Part shown: piece by piece, positions 12,501-25,751 of the stretch
Position numbering within the stretch: position 1 is the stretch's first letter
How the letters are laid out: each line of letters begins with the position of its first letter
Assembly (NCBI GenBank): GCA_003971905.1
Contig: RSEE01000025.1
Location: forward strand, 434,001 to 498,000
Reading direction: 5' to 3'
Length of the DNA stretch: 64,000 nucleotides
Origin: Moniliella sp. 'wahieum'
Taxonomy: Eukaryota
The notes under the pieces: generated by a model
Database searches by the model: none
What the model saw: only the letters and a program-made list of their open reading frames with translations
Told to the model about the DNA's origin: nothing
Program-made: the position numbers and the translations under genes

Positions 12501-15500
12501 TCCCTGGCCAACTTGAACTCATCGGACGTGAGCACAGCCACGTCGCTCGCTCTCCCCTCTTCTTCCGCGGGGGTCGCCGCGCGCGCAGCCGCCGGCACGC
12601 CCGGGCGACGAAGACTCGTGCCGCGCGCAATCCCACTGGCGGCCGAGCCGGGACGAGTGGGGGGCACGCAACGAGCGAGACACGACGCTCGTAGGCGCTT
12701 TCAAGCCGGTCGCCCCAGCTCGCGGGGCGGGAAGCCCGCCTGCGCGCATGGGAGCTGCCACGTTGGTTGTTGCAGAGGGAGCTTGAGCCAAGGGGCTGGC
12801 AGCACGGGCCGTCGCGCTCGGCGGCGCCACTTTGCTCGGGGCACGGGCAAGGCTCGCGGTGGGCTTCTTGGCGGCAGCGGCAGCAGGAGCAGCGGCGGCA
12901 GGGGCAGGGGCCGAAGCAGGAGCACTGGCCTTGGCTTTGGCCCGCGCCTGTTCCAGCAGGGGCAGAACCGTGTTGCGGGACGCAGCTTTGAGCGAGTCGG
13001 TCTGCGCTGACACCATCTTCCACCCGGCCTTGGCAATGACATAGGGCAGCACTGCCTGGGCCGCCTTACGGAGCGGAGCGCTCTTGTCATCCAAGCCCAG
13101 CACGGCAGGGAACGCGAGAGGCCCAAGGTCCAAGCTCCGATCGGAGGCAGGGTCGTGCGCGTCAAACCAAGCGGCCAGGAAGGAGAAGACCTCCTGCTTG
13201 AGCATGGGGTTGGCGCCCTTGGCCTCTACCGCGCCCACCAAGCCGGGAAGGAGATGAGAAATGCCGACCGCTTCGGCGATGGCCATCAGAGCGTCCAGCG
13301 CAGCGGACCGAACCGGGGCCTTGGCATCGCCCAACACGCCCGCCAACGGCTGCACCAACGTCCGTGCCGGCCCGTCAAACCCGGCTCCCAGCCCACGCGC
13401 CAGACGCGCCGTGACATCCACCGCAAGCATCTTGCATTGCAGATTGGCATCGGCGTACGCTGCTTGAGCGCGCCGGTTAGGTCCGACGGCACGTCCCCCT
13501 TGAGTCTTTCGTTTGCTTGCAACGCGCCCACAATGCTCTCCAGTGCTGCCTTGCGCTCCTTCCATGGCCCACTCTCGTTGCTCGCCGTGATGAGCGCGTG
13601 CGGGATGACCTTCTCGACCGCAACACGGGGTACCAAGTCGTCCAGCGGGTCCACCGCGGCTGCGCGGCCCTTGGCGGCCGAACTGCCTCCAGCTGCCGCC
13701 GTGGCCGTTGGCTGGGCCAGCTCGGCACTAAACTTCTCCGGGGCCGGGGCGGGTTGGAAGTAGCCTTTTCCACCTCGGTCTGGATGGTGGCCTGCAACTG
13801 GGGAGTGAGGTCGCCGGTAAAGTTGGTCAAGGCACTACCCACGTACCGTGCCAGCGTACCAAAGCATTTCGTCGCATTCGTCCGCACTACGCGTTGGAGT
13901 TTTTGAGCATGGCGATCAAGTGGGCCACGAGACTCTTAACGTCCACCCCAGCCAGGCCAAAGAGGAGCAGGGTAGCGTCGATCCAAGCCACACTGTCCGC
14001 GATGGCCTTGGGCGCCTTGATCTTGGCCATGGCCGGAATACCTGGGCCAAGACGAAGCCAAAACTCGTCTTTTCCGACAGTGCGACCAACGTCTCGCCCG
14101 CCGGTACCTTGAGCTTGATATCGCCCAGTTTGTCACACAATACTGGGATGGCCAACGCGGCCGAGGCGCGACCAAAGGAAGGACTGTGCTCAGAAAGCGT
14201 GCGAATCGCCTTGTACACTTCGGCCAGCACTTGGAAATTGGACTCTTTCCATCCGGGCCGCTTGCCAAACCCTCGGATCAGGATCTCGGCATCCACTTCC
14301 TCCGCTTCCCGATCCAGCCACGCATTGAGCTGCGTCATGCCTTCCAATCGCTCTTTCCACGCTTTGCTCTCGATCAACTCGCCGATCGAAGCGGGCACCA
14401 GTTCTTGCGCTCGTGCTTCGGCCTCTTCGGCCGGGTAGCGGTACTTGACAGGTTCGGTAGCGGGCGTCACCAAAGATCCCCCGGCCGAGGTAGGAGCCCG
14501 CTTGGCTGCCGCTGCCGAGCTGGGGGCAGAGGCAGATGCAGATGCCGCTGGCTTTTTCGCCAGCAAGCGGGCTGGGGTGCGCGGGGTTTGACAGGCGATG
14601 CGCTGGGCGCGGAAGCAGTCGGAGGCGGGGACGCCGGTGGGGCGGGCTTGGGTTTGGAGGAGGAGAGGACAGGTCGTTTGGCGACGACGGGTTGGCAGCC
14701 GGAGCGACCGGTTTGGGCGGGGCCGGGGCCGAAGCTTTGGCCTTGACTTGGGCCGCGGCGTATTCGTCCTTGACCTTTTCCTTTTTCAGGTCGTCAAGCT
14801 GGTCCAGGTACTGGTTCATCGCCCGTTCGCCCACCAGCTTCATCAGCGTGCCCAGTCCCTTGGCGGCCGCATCGCGACCTCGGGGTTGGCGTCGGCCATG
14901 GCCGCCAGCAGCGCTTCGGCCGTGGCGCCCACATCGGGTTTGCCCGGTACCGTGCGGGTGTTGGCAAGGCAGCGAGCGAGGAAGCGGGCAGACTCGGACT
15001 TGACCGAGGGCGTCTTGTGTTTCATTCCGGTCAAAATGTCGGGCAAAAGTTCTCCGATCGAGCTGGTGGCGGCTACCGCGTCCAGCGCCCCATTCAGCGC
15101 CTCGAGCACATTCGCCTTCTTCTCCTTCAATCGCTCAATCAACGCCGGCTCGGCTTTTTCCCGGTACCGACCGCCAAAGATGCTGCGCAGTCCCGAGGCC
15201 AACAGAGCCAGGCAGCCGGCAGCTTCAATGACAACGATGATGTTGGAGTCTTTGCGCACTCGTTCCGCGCACACCTCCACCAGCGAATCGTACCTTGGAA
15301 GCAGATCACTGCTGTCGCTGAGTTTGGGGGATGTTTTGAGCGCGGTAGCGGCGGCGATCAGCGCGTCTCGACGTTCGGACCATTTCGTGTGAGCAACCTG
15401 TTCATGGAACTTGTCCGGCCAGATTTTCGTGTTAAAGGGGTCCGCAGGGATGGCGATGTCGTACGCGTCCAGCTTTTTTGGCTCGGCCCCGGGACCCTCG

Positions 15501-16310
15501 CCGGCCCCGGGGGAAGCGTCGGCTCCCGAGCCATTGGTACCGGCCGCATCGCTCTCGGCCCCAGCTTGGGCCGGGCGTTGGGATGGGAGGAACCGGGTGG
15601 GCTGGGCGGATCCGTTGGGGAGGGAAGCGAACTGGGCGCGCAGTTCTTTGGCCTGGATGTCCTTGAGCTTGTCGAGCGTCGCGTTGAGCGCATCGCCAAG
15701 GTAAGTGTAGAGGGTAAGGGTAAGTGCCGACGCGTTGGCTCTGACCGTTTTGTCGGAATGACCAAACGCGTCGGGGAGGCGGTCGAGGATAAAGCGGGGT
15801 TCGATCTGGTGCGGGCCAAAGGCAGCCATGAGCAAGTCGAGCGAGGCGACGGCGGCAGCGACGGTTTGGGTTGCTTGGCGGAAAAGCCGGCCAAGACGGC
15901 TTTGACCAGTTCTTCGCATCCCAGTACATCTTCGTTCTCCGCGAGCCAGAGGAGGGTGTTCTGGGCATGGGTGCGCGTGCCGGCGCGGGTGGAAGGGAGC
16001 GCCTTTTCGACCAGCGCAGGTACCAGGACGGGCGGGTTGCTTTGGCGACGCGGGTGCCGCCGAATTCAACCAGGGCACGCACAGCGTCGATCGCCTTCTC
16101 CTGTGCGACGGCGTTCGAGTCGAGGACCCAGGCGCGGACACGGTCGGGGTCGCGGACCCATGGGTCAAACACAGCGTCGGCCGCGTCGGGGGAGCGGGCA
16201 AAGGCGGTGGCAAGGTCGTCGTAGGCGCTGCAGCGTGCCTTCCACACCTTGCTGGCCAGGCGCTCGGGAGGGCTGCGACGCCCAGTCGTCGGGCGGCGGG
16301 GGGCGTCCAT
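9566..16310 (-). CDS. STU2: XMAP215/ch-TOG/Alp14/Stu2 microtubule polymerase with multiple TOG domains
   Basis: TOG signatures ERLASKVWKAR, DSNAVAQEKA, KWSERRDAL, KAWKERLEGM, PGWKESNFQV and PWKERKAAL; C-terminal YAELIVKCLWK and FQRYIKRAL; introns about 10836-10767 and 10021-9902 (TACTAAC branch); many frameshifts. Confidence 0.93.
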
Positions 16311-17079
16311 GGCAGGGCAGGGGGGGAGGAGGGGGGGGAGGGGGGCGATGGGGGGGAGGGGGAGGTGGAGGCGAGGGAGGCCGACGGCGCCTCACGCGAT
16401 GCCTCGTCTCGTCTCGGCTGCCGTCCGGCAGCGTCAACATGCGCCTGCAATTTCAGATTCCTCGTCACGCGCCCCTCACGCATCACCCGCCGCGCTGCAA
16501 TGTTCAATCTCCACTGCGGGCACGGCGCCTGTGCTGCGCCGCGTGCGGGCGGGGTGTGCGCCAACCCTACTGCCCCGCGCGCGGCGCTGCCCCCGTCCGG
16601 CCCAACACCAACACCAAACCAAACCAACACTCCCCCGGTCACGTGCGCATGCGGCGCGTCTCCTACGCCCATTTCAAGTTTGACGAGTGCTACTTCACTC
16701 GGGGCGGATCTCCTACAAAGCACTGCCAGTCTTGGCTCTTCGCACCGCCACACCCTCGCGCTTGCGCACCGCCAGCGCCCTCCCCTGCCTGTGTGGACTG
16801 CGGGGACACACAGCACACACTCACAAACTACAAGCATGGCAGCAGCAAGATGGAATGGAACGCGGCCGGGGCCAGGCCGGCTGGGACCGCTGCCGTGGCC
16901 AAGCCAGCGCGTGCGGCGAGCAAGGGCGCTGGGGCGCAGCGGCGTCGACAGCAGCCAAGAAAAATGCGAGGAATACACGGAAAGGACACAAAAGCACAAT
17001 CACAACCACAAACCAAACAAAACCCACGAGGAGCTTGCACCGCGCTCCTCTTCCCCTCCCTCGCCCGACCAGACGGGAA

Positions 17080-18971
17080 TCAGTGCTGGCGCAGGCGCTT
17101 GTGGCGCAACAGGGCATCTTTGCGCGAAAACACACTGCCACACTCGCATTTCCATTCGTGGTCCACATTGGATGTGGCGGGGTTGACTTCTTTGCCCCAT
17201 ACCAGCGCCTGCTCCATGCTCAACGTGCCCTTTTGCACCGCCCGCGCCTCGTCCGGCCATGCACCGTCTCGCGGTGCCGCACCAGGTCGTACAGACGATG
17301 AAACTGCGTCCCACACACGGCGCCCGTCAGAGGATTCACGTACTCGCACACGCTCATCTTGGTTCCGCCCGCCCGGACGCACCACCACCACCAGCGTCGG
17401 CGCGTGAGGACGGGACAAGTCCCTAGAGCCACGGGAGGACGTTTCGGACGCAGCGGTGGCAGTGGCAGCAGACCGCGGGCTGGGCCGGTACGACGTCGCG
17501 AGGGCGCAGGTGTGCACCTGCACTCGCACCTGCACCCGCACCCGCACCCGCACCCGCACTTGCTTCTTTCCCGGGCGAAGGGGCACGACGACGGGGGCGT
17601 TTGATCCCGACCCCGCGCGGCGGCTGCTCGTACTCGTCGGCCTCTTGCGACGACCCACGTAGCGGCGGAGCAAAGCGCGGGGAAGTGGACACGTGCCGCA
17701 CGGGCCGGCGAGTGGCAAGCGGGGGCGAGGTAGGCGTGGCGGATGTGCGGCCGGGGGGCGCGCGGGCGGGGGGCGAGGCATAGGACACTAGGTGTCGAAG
17801 GCGCAGCGACAGTAGAGGAAGAAGCTGGTTCCTGCGACGCACCTCGGCCGCCTCCTCCTCCATCCCGCCCTCCGCGCGGCGATGCGGTGCGCCGGTCTTT
17901 GTCGCTCGACGAACGTGCTTTGCGCGTGCCCGGTGGCTGGGGTTGGGACTGGGACTGTGGTAGCGGCAGCGGCGGTGGCACCGGCGGCGAGGCAGGCAAC
18001 GGCGTGGTCGCATCCATCTGCGTGCTGCTATCTGGTCTGGGACTGGTGACGTTGCTGGTGCTTGCGCCTCGTTCGGACACTTCGCTGCTGCTGGTCAAGA
18101 GGTGGGTGGATCCCATGAGGGAATCCGATTCGGTTTCGTCCACCGCAGGCACCGAGTGTTTCTGCTCGTACAGATCCAGCGTCAGCTTCTGCAGCGCCGA
18201 CAGCGGGTCGTCATCGTCCTCGTCGTCGTCGGTAGAAAAGGAACGATGGGGCGGCAGCTTGGACTTGGACGAAGACGGAAGGCGAGCGCCCGAGTCGCGC
18301 CAAAACGCAGGGCCAGGGTCGTCCTCATCCAGCGACATGCCACTCTCGGCCGAGCCCGAGATGTAGCCGTAGCCACCGCCGGTGCCCGACATGCGGGGAA
18401 GTGCTCTGGGCCAGGGGCGCATGTCGTCGCGGTGGTCGGCTGCCTGGCTGGAGAGAGAAGGGGTCCTGATCCGGCGGAGAGAGGTCGCCGGTTGGGTCAT
18501 GTCCTCGCTGCTGGAGGGGCGGAGAGAAAGGTGTAGCGCACGCCGGGCTCGGTGCCGGGCGCAGCGAGGTGGGTGGTGGCAGTGGTATCTATATGGGGGT
18601 TGTGCAAGGGCTGGGAGGCAAAGGTGAAGCGTCCGGGGGGGAGGCGGTGGGCGTGGCCGGCGGGAACGGGGGCGGGGGGGGGGGGGGGGTTGGGTGTGGG
18701 AGGAGGAGGGAGGAGGAGGAGGAGGAGGCGGTGCTGCTGCTGCGGCGGGGGAGGGGGCGGGAGAAGGACATGCTGGATGTGGAGGCGGAGGCGGAGGTGG
18801 GGGCGGAGGCGGAGGCCGAGGGGATGGTGGGCAGATAGGCGTGGAGGGAGTGGGGGGCGGAGGCGGGCAGCAGCGGGCGGGGGGGCGAGGGGGGGCGCGG
18901 GGGGGGGGGGCGGCCGAGGAGGGCAGAGAGCCGTGGGAAGGCACGCGGCGCAGCGCGGGGGGTGCGTCCAT
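17080..18971 (-). CDS. C2H2 zinc-finger transcription factor with a long Pro/Ser-rich N-terminus
   Basis: C-terminal fingers CEYVNPLTGAVCGTQFHRLYDLVRHRETVH and WKCECGSVFSRKDALLRHKRLRQH; start uncertain (18971 or about 18500); frameshifts. Confidence 0.8.
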
Positions 18972-19580
18972 GGAGGGGAGGGGGGGGCGATGGGGGGGCG
19001 CTGCGTCGGAGGGCGGCTGGTGGAGTCGGGCGATGCTGTGGGGCGATGCTGACGGTGTGGTACGTCCGATGGCCGGGCTAGTGCATGCGAGGCGGAGGCT
19101 GCGGCAGCCCAGCGCTTATTTAAGTACGCATGCGCCCCCACTGCGCCCGTGTGCCTCGACGCTCGGGCCCTCACCCGCCGACGCATGACGCTCTGCAGCC
19201 TCTCCTGCAATGCAGGCATCACATTGCATCATCCTCCGCTCTCAGATCTCAGACCGCACTCGCCGGCGTGCGTCGCAGCTGAGGCTCAGCGAGCAGAGCA
19301 GCACCACGCCCCCTCCCTCGGCACCATCCGCGCTCCCTCCAGCCGCTGCCACGCCCGCGTCAGCATGACTCATGCCTTGGCCATTCCATCGACATCCCTC
19401 GGCCGCGGCGGTGCGGCGGCTGGGGCTGCCAAATGCACGCCCACCCGCACGCCGCCGACGTCATCATCACCGCCCCCTCGCCTTCCCCAGCTTCCACGCC
19501 GGCCAAATCACCCCTCATCACACCCCCGCCTATCCCCGCGCTTACGAGCGGCCCGCGGGGAGTACGTAAGCAGCCAGCCC

Positions 19581-19604
19581 TCACATGTCACATGTCACAT
19601 GTCA
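19581..19604. repeat. Heptamer array TCA-CATG x3 + TCA
   Basis: tcacatgtcacatgtcacatgtca, upstream of the minus-strand C2H2 gene. Confidence 0.9.
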
Positions 19605-19817
19605 CTGTCACAGGCCTCTATCGACCATCCCGCATCCTACCCCCATCTACACCGCTTGCGCCATGATAAAGGCGGAGCGTGCGCCCTAATCGCAATCGGA
19701 AAAAAGCAAGAAACGTGCGGCGATTGCAGTGGTTCTATGGGGCTGGGATCGAGGATGTCAATGTCAGGTAGTGGTGGTGTGTGGTGTGTGGTGTGCTTGG
19801 TGCTTGGTATGGGAGCT

Positions 19818-21581
19818 TCATGCGAGCACTTGCGGATATTCGCCGTGAGCGTGACCACGAGCAAAGCACGCCCAACCGTGAGGCGATGGCCAAGTGCAGT
19901 GTGGTGCGGCGCGGACGGGGCGGGGGGCTGAGCGTCGGCCGGGCGCGGGGCCGGATGGATGACTCCTCGAGCGGGGCAAAACTGGCCGCCGGGCAACTCG
20001 TCGGCGCGTCGCGCGTGGCGGAACATGCGCCAGTACGACAAGCCGGCAAGATGAACGAGATGGAGGTGGAGCCAACGCTGCCGACAAACCCGAGCGCGAG
20101 GGAAAGTTTCCACCGCGATCGCGATCGCCGTCTGCTCACCACCAAGGCCACTGTCACCCCGGCCACCGGCCAGCGTGCCCAGCTCGGGAGCGACCGGGCT
20201 GGCACCAGCACCGCCACCCGTCTCGTCCGAGGAGACCAACGCTTCCGTCTCGTCGTGGATGCTGGCACTGGTGGTGCTGGTCCCGGAGCGTCCAGCAGGG
20301 CGGAAAGCGGCGTAGATGTTGGCCAGGGACGCGCGGCAAGGGTGGATGGTGAGCGGGTAACTCATCAATGTCAAGGCGACAATGGCCAGGCGTCCACCAC
20401 AGACAAACAGCGAGTCGGCCGGGTAGGAAGCAATCACGTTCGCGCTCACATGGGCGCCAAAGGTGCAGTACCCCAGGATGGCCACCACCTCGTACAGCAC
20501 TCCTGCCAAGCCGATCGACCACCCAATCACCTCGTTCGTCCGCGCCTCGGTGTGGTCTTTGAGCTCGTTGTACACGGACAGCACGTTCTGGAGCCGGGGT
20601 TAGTACTGGGTACGTGCGGAAACAAGAATAGTACGCCAGCGCGTGCTGCCATACTGAGAGGTAGGAACGAGGTCGAAGGAGGACGTACATGAGCACAGGT
20701 AAAGGCAAACACGAACACGGGGGAAACGCTGAGGAACTCGCTCGTCATGTGGAACCAGTGCACGTCACCCTTGGAGGGCGGTTCGGCGAGGGCTTGGAGG
20801 GGGCTGCGTGGGCGAAGAGCAGGAGCAGGAGCAGGAGCAGTAGAAGCAACGTGCGCTTCGGTCGAAAAAGTGGGCGGGACGAAAAGTAGTAGACAACAAT
20901 GACGACGAGGTACACGACCGCCAAGAAGCTGACGTAGGACGTGTGGCGGAGCGAGTCGAGCCGGCGCAAAAACGAGAGCGGGGCCAGGAGCACGGCCCAG
21001 GCGGCAATCCAAAATTCACGCGAGTACAGCACGCTGGGGAACCTTGTGGCGAGCCGGTGAGGATGCGCGCCAAGGACCACGACACTTGGGGCATGAGTTG
21101 GCCGGCAATCATGAGGTAACTGATTGCGACGCCAAAGCACTTGATCGCAATGGCGGCATCAATCGCCTGGCGCGCCGAGGGCCACACGGCCGACGCAATC
21201 GCAAAGAAGGAGGTTTGGTTGCCACCCAGTCGGGCCGCACAGCGCGTCAACAGGTACACGCCCAACGCCGACGTTACCCACACACAACCACCAGAACAAA
21301 CCCAGGCACGATGCCAGCCGCGGCAAAGGAGTAGGGCATGGCACAGATGCCAGCACCAATCAGCACATTCAGCAGGTTGGCCGACGAGATGAACAGGCTG
21401 GCCCGGCCGCTGCCCAGGCCCGGAGACGAAGGCTCGGCAGAAGAGGCGGCACGCATGCTGGGGCGGGGGAGCAGAGGGTCGGGGAGGACGAAGATGGGGT
21501 GGCCTGGTAGGCGGAGTTCGACACGGCTTTCGGCGTCGACTTGCCGGGCGTAAGCGGCGGCGTGCGCTCGGTCGAGCTCAT
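19818..21581 (-). CDS. AAAP/Aa_trans family amino-acid transporter (vacuolar AVT5/6/7-like)
   Basis: NLLNVLIGAGICAMPYSF, IKCFGVAISYL, LRRLDSLRHTS, FAFTCAH|NVLSVYNEL (intron 20688-20588) and GFVGSVGSTSISFILP; frameshifts. Confidence 0.9.
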
Positions 21582-23027
21582 GAAGGTGTCGGGGGAGGGA
21601 GAGGGGGAGGAGGAGGCAAGGCGAGGCGAGGCGGTGCGATGCTGGAATGCGAGGGGATGGGGGGGGTCGCTCGTGGCTCCGCTGCGTGGACGGAGGATGC
21701 GGAGCTGGCGGGACCGCGTCGTGAGACTGACGAGACGCGGCACAGGCACCCCAGCGCTTATCGGCGATCACGCGTGCGTGGATGATTATTGGTGATTCCA
21801 GGCTGATTTGATTCGACGTTTGCAGCGACGCAGTGGCCGACTGGCGCCCACACCGCCCACTGCGGCGCAAGAAGGGCGCTGGGCCACACCGCCGCCAGCA
21901 CGTCACGCCGCCATGGCGACATTTGCCTCCCCACCCTACCTCGCCCGGGCGCACCACACCACCACCTCCTCCTCCTCCACCACCACCACCCACCGTCACG
22001 CCCAAGCACATCCTGTCAGCGGCACATTGAAACAGGCTACTCTGGCACCCCAGTGCCCAGCTGGGCCGACGCCACTCCGGACTCACGTACTCGCCTGAGA
22101 GACTCGGGCCTTCGGCCTCCGGAGGCATCGGGCCTGAGACGTTATAGGCCGCTTCCGCTCCGCCTCGCAGCGGGCGCCCAACACGCCAGACCGCCACCAT
22201 AGCAGGATGCCCCCATGCATGCTTCCACGCTTCTCTCAGATAGGCCCCTTCCTGCAGATGAGCAACCATCCACGACGCTAACCATAACTAGCACACCTCC
22301 CTCCAAACACTCCAGACCACGTAGCACGCCGGCGTGCGCATCGTCCCCGCGTCCATGCATAGGCACCCCGCTGTTGGGACAGAGGGGTGTATTTGATGGG
22401 CACGCAGAGCACCCAGAGGCGCTTGACTGCAGCGCACGATCGAGGGCGGCGCTCATGTGCGGCCAGGCTGCGCAGCTAGCGGGCCAGAGGTCAACCAAGC
22501 ACCCCACGGGCGGGAGCGTGAGGGAGCAACGCTGAGGACGGGTGGGATGCGCCCGCCGAGGAGGGAATGCAACCATCGCGGTGGGATGGCTACATGGCAA
22601 TGTGTCTCGCTGGGAATGGGAGGGCCGGGAGGGCGTGGTGGGGGAAGCACCAAGCACGCAGGGGCAGGGAGCGGGGAGACTGATGATCGATGGTTAGTGA
22701 TTGGGGATGCTCGATGCGTGGAGATGCTGGCCGATGGGATGGAGCGCATCGGCCTGGCTTCCAGCGTGGCGGGCGCTGGCTGCGGATGTTGATCATGGCT
22801 GCTTGCGCTCGGGCCTTCTGCTCGCAGCTCGATCGATGATCGCACGTGCATCGCTCCGTCCACGTGCAACCCCGGCGGGGGGGGCAGTGTGCGGCGATTG
22901 CACCGCACCGTTCAATCAAGCATCGCAGGTCGCATCTGCCCTGTCCCCTTTCGCCCAGGCAGGAGTGTATCGACAGCCCGCAGCCGACGCCTGCTCTTCT
23001 TCCCCCCCCCCACGGCCAACCAACCCA

Positions 23028-23949
23028 ATGCCCAACCGAGCCGACCAGCGCGCCACCGGCCCTGCCCCCGCCGCTTCCCGCCCCGCCTCCGCAAGCGCGA
23101 CTGGTGCTGCTGCCCGCTGCTGGTGCTGCTGCTGGTGCTACTACCGGTGGTGGTGGTGCTACTGCTGGTGGTGGTCGTGGTCGCGGTCGTCTTGGTAACT
23201 TCCGGGCCCCCCGTTGGGTCAGGAACCTTTCATACCGCCGCCGGACGTGTTTGCTTTGCTGTGGGATGCGCGCGCGGGGTGGACGACGCAGGAGATCCGC
23301 CAAAAGTTGACCCAGGTGAACGACCCGGTGCCGCAAGACGTGATGGATGTCGTGCTGGACGCGCTGGACAAGGGGCTGTACCCTGAGCAAATCGAGGAAC
23401 GGTTGCTCCAGTATATGGAAATGGACGCGGACCGGTGGCGGGACTCGATGGAGGCCCCGCCCGAGGTGTACGATATGCTGATCGAGGAGAACGGCCAGTT
23501 GACACACAAAGAAATGATGCTGAAGGTGGAACCCTGGTTCGGCGAAGCACCGAATGCGGTGATGAATATGCTGCTGGACGCGCTGCACGAAGGCTGGCCC
23601 GCCGATGAAATTCGGGAAAAGTTGGAGGAGATAGAAGACGAAGGCTTTTCGACGACGTGGTTGCTGTCCCACCTCCGCCCGACCCTACCCTGCTCCATCA
23701 GCTGCAACACATGGAGGTGCAGCAAGGCGACATGCTGCGTGCACAGTCCGGTCCGAACGTGCCCATCCCGCCCCGAGAGGCGGGTCGATCCCGCCCGAGC
23801 TCACGGACCTGCTCCTCCAGATGCGCGACACCAACATGACCCCCGAAGCATTTGACAGGTTCATGGCGGTCGCATCCGCTATGCTGGGCGAACGCGACAG
23901 TCTACCGGGCGGCAACGCGGGCTCAGGCCCTTCGGGACTCCGGATGTGA
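23028..23949 (+). CDS. Hypothetical protein with an internal helical repeat
   Basis: ATG 23028; low-complexity N-terminus; acidic amphipathic core at 23220-23640 that is internally duplicated; frameshifted tail ending at TGA 23947-23949. Confidence 0.6.
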
Positions 23950-24243
23950 GGCTGAGCCCAAGAGCGCGGTGTCGGCCAAGTTACCAAGTCCGAAAACTGA
24001 GCGTCCCCAGCTAGGCTCACGCGCTCACGCCTCAGGGTGAGCGGGATCCCCTAGGATCGAGGTCGCGATCGCGTCCTGTTTGAAATCTCTGTTCCCTGCT
24101 TCTTCTATCGACACAAGAACTAGAATCTAGAATCCATGAGCCCGTTCCGGAACGAAGGCAGATCCATTGTCCGAGAACAAAGTACAGCGCCTAGGTAGGC
24201 GGATCAGGCCAGGAACGAGAGTGATGGTCGATGAGGCCGAGGC

Positions 24244-25751
24244 CTAAACAAAGACATGACAGGCGAGCAAGAAACAGACCATCGTGAGCCTAGAGAGGCT
24301 GAGGAAACAAGATGAAACAGCGGGTAACGAGAAGGAAGGGAGGCCCAATGCATGGGGGAAAGCAAGATGCGAGCGCAGTGCGCTCAGTGGAGTTAGAAGG
24401 CAGAGAGGTGAGAAAAGTGACAACATCCAAGGAGTAACATGAGTGGATTGGAGCAGGGGGACTAAGACTCGGCTGGGCGTTAGCGCGCGACGGCTGAGAG
24501 CGAGTGGGAGAAGAGGCGGCGAAAGCCAGCACGGAATTTCCCACGTTTCTTGGCCGGCAACGGGGTGGCGGTAGAGGGAGGGAAGAGGTGGTTTCCAGAC
24601 GCGGGCGGGGCTGTGGAACGGTTGGGAGCCGGGGTCGGGGTAGGTGCAGTGGGACGAGAGGTGGAAGGGAACAGGTGGTCCAGGGCCTCCAGGACCACGG
24701 GCGAGAAGGTTAGGCGTAGACCGGCCCCAAGGTAGCGTGGTCCGCGGGACGGAAGAGGCGGCGCAGCTGCCTGGCCCGGTCGCCGCACGCCCATCCTTCG
24801 CCGTTGTTCGTTCAGTGTAGACGCTTCCGAAAGGAGCGAGTCAAACGACGCGCTGCGCTGCAGCTCCTCTTCCTCCTGCACTTGTTCCGCCACTGGAAGC
24901 GGACGCGAAGTGGTAGGGCGCAAACTAAAGCCCAAGAGAGAAGACGTGGAGCGCATGCCTCGGTGCAAGTTCCCCGTACTGCCATAGAACCCAATCGACG
25001 CAGGATTGCGCAATCGGTCGGTAGTCGAACGCGTTCCGGACTGGGTAGGTGGGTAACGCTCTGGATCGGAGCGAGCGGGTGTTCCTCCGATCCCAGATAG
25101 GGGCGGGTGAGAGGATTTCCACGTCGTGCTGGCCCGGGATGGATCGGGTTGCCCGCACGTGCCGCACTTGTGCCAGTCGTGCCTTCTGTGGCGGGGCCAG
25201 TGGAAGGGCGGCGCGTGCTGCGCCGCGCCTCGCTGCGCGGGCGCTGACTAGACCGGCGTTGATGGTAACTTCGCCGAGAGGAGCGCGAGGCGCGCGAGGC
25301 ACGCATGCTCCGCCGTGAATTGGGCAGGGCCGAGGTGAAAGTGTAGCTGGACCCAACCAGGGTCGAGGTGCCATCCCCGTCTTCGTCCGACCAGTCCATC
25401 TCAGCCTCGTTGTCGCTCACGCTTGGACCCACGTCCTCATCCAGCTCGTCCAGAGAAGCGAGCGAGTCAGCTTCCTCGGAGAGACCCGCCAGACTGGGTG
25501 ACTCAGGCGCGCGCAACGCCTCCAGCTGGTCCGCTAGTTCGTCCACTTCTAATGCGGAAGGTGCATCGAGCGACATGCCGACCCCAATCCCGTGTTGCCT
25601 GAGCAGCTCATCAGGGTTCCCTTCATGCGGCGTTGGGCCGAGTAGGGGGATCCGCGCAGGGCGTTGTGCCCCCAGAGGAATAGGAGGAGTGGGAAGCAAT
25701 GGTCCCTCCCGTTCGGGGATGGGAGCAGGAACACCAGATTCGTGGGGGCAT
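24244..25751 (-). CDS. Hypothetical Ser/Arg/acidic low-complexity protein
   Basis: Consecutive protein-like ORFs (acidic LDELDEDVGPSVSDNEAEMDWSDED, basic SRRS tract, QRSASFDSLLSE); boundaries and introns uncertain. Confidence 0.45.

Noticed and set aside
15017..17407. Long antisense or alternative-frame ORFs (796 aa here, 650 aa at 44687-46639 and others)
   Set aside because: Shadow ORFs of GC-rich real genes on the opposite strand; no independent motifs.
18640..19030. G-run-rich tracts as regulatory G-quadruplexes (also 26200-26640)
   Set aside because: Explained by poly-Pro codons or C-rich 5' regions on the opposite strand, and homopolymer lengths are unreliable in this sequence.
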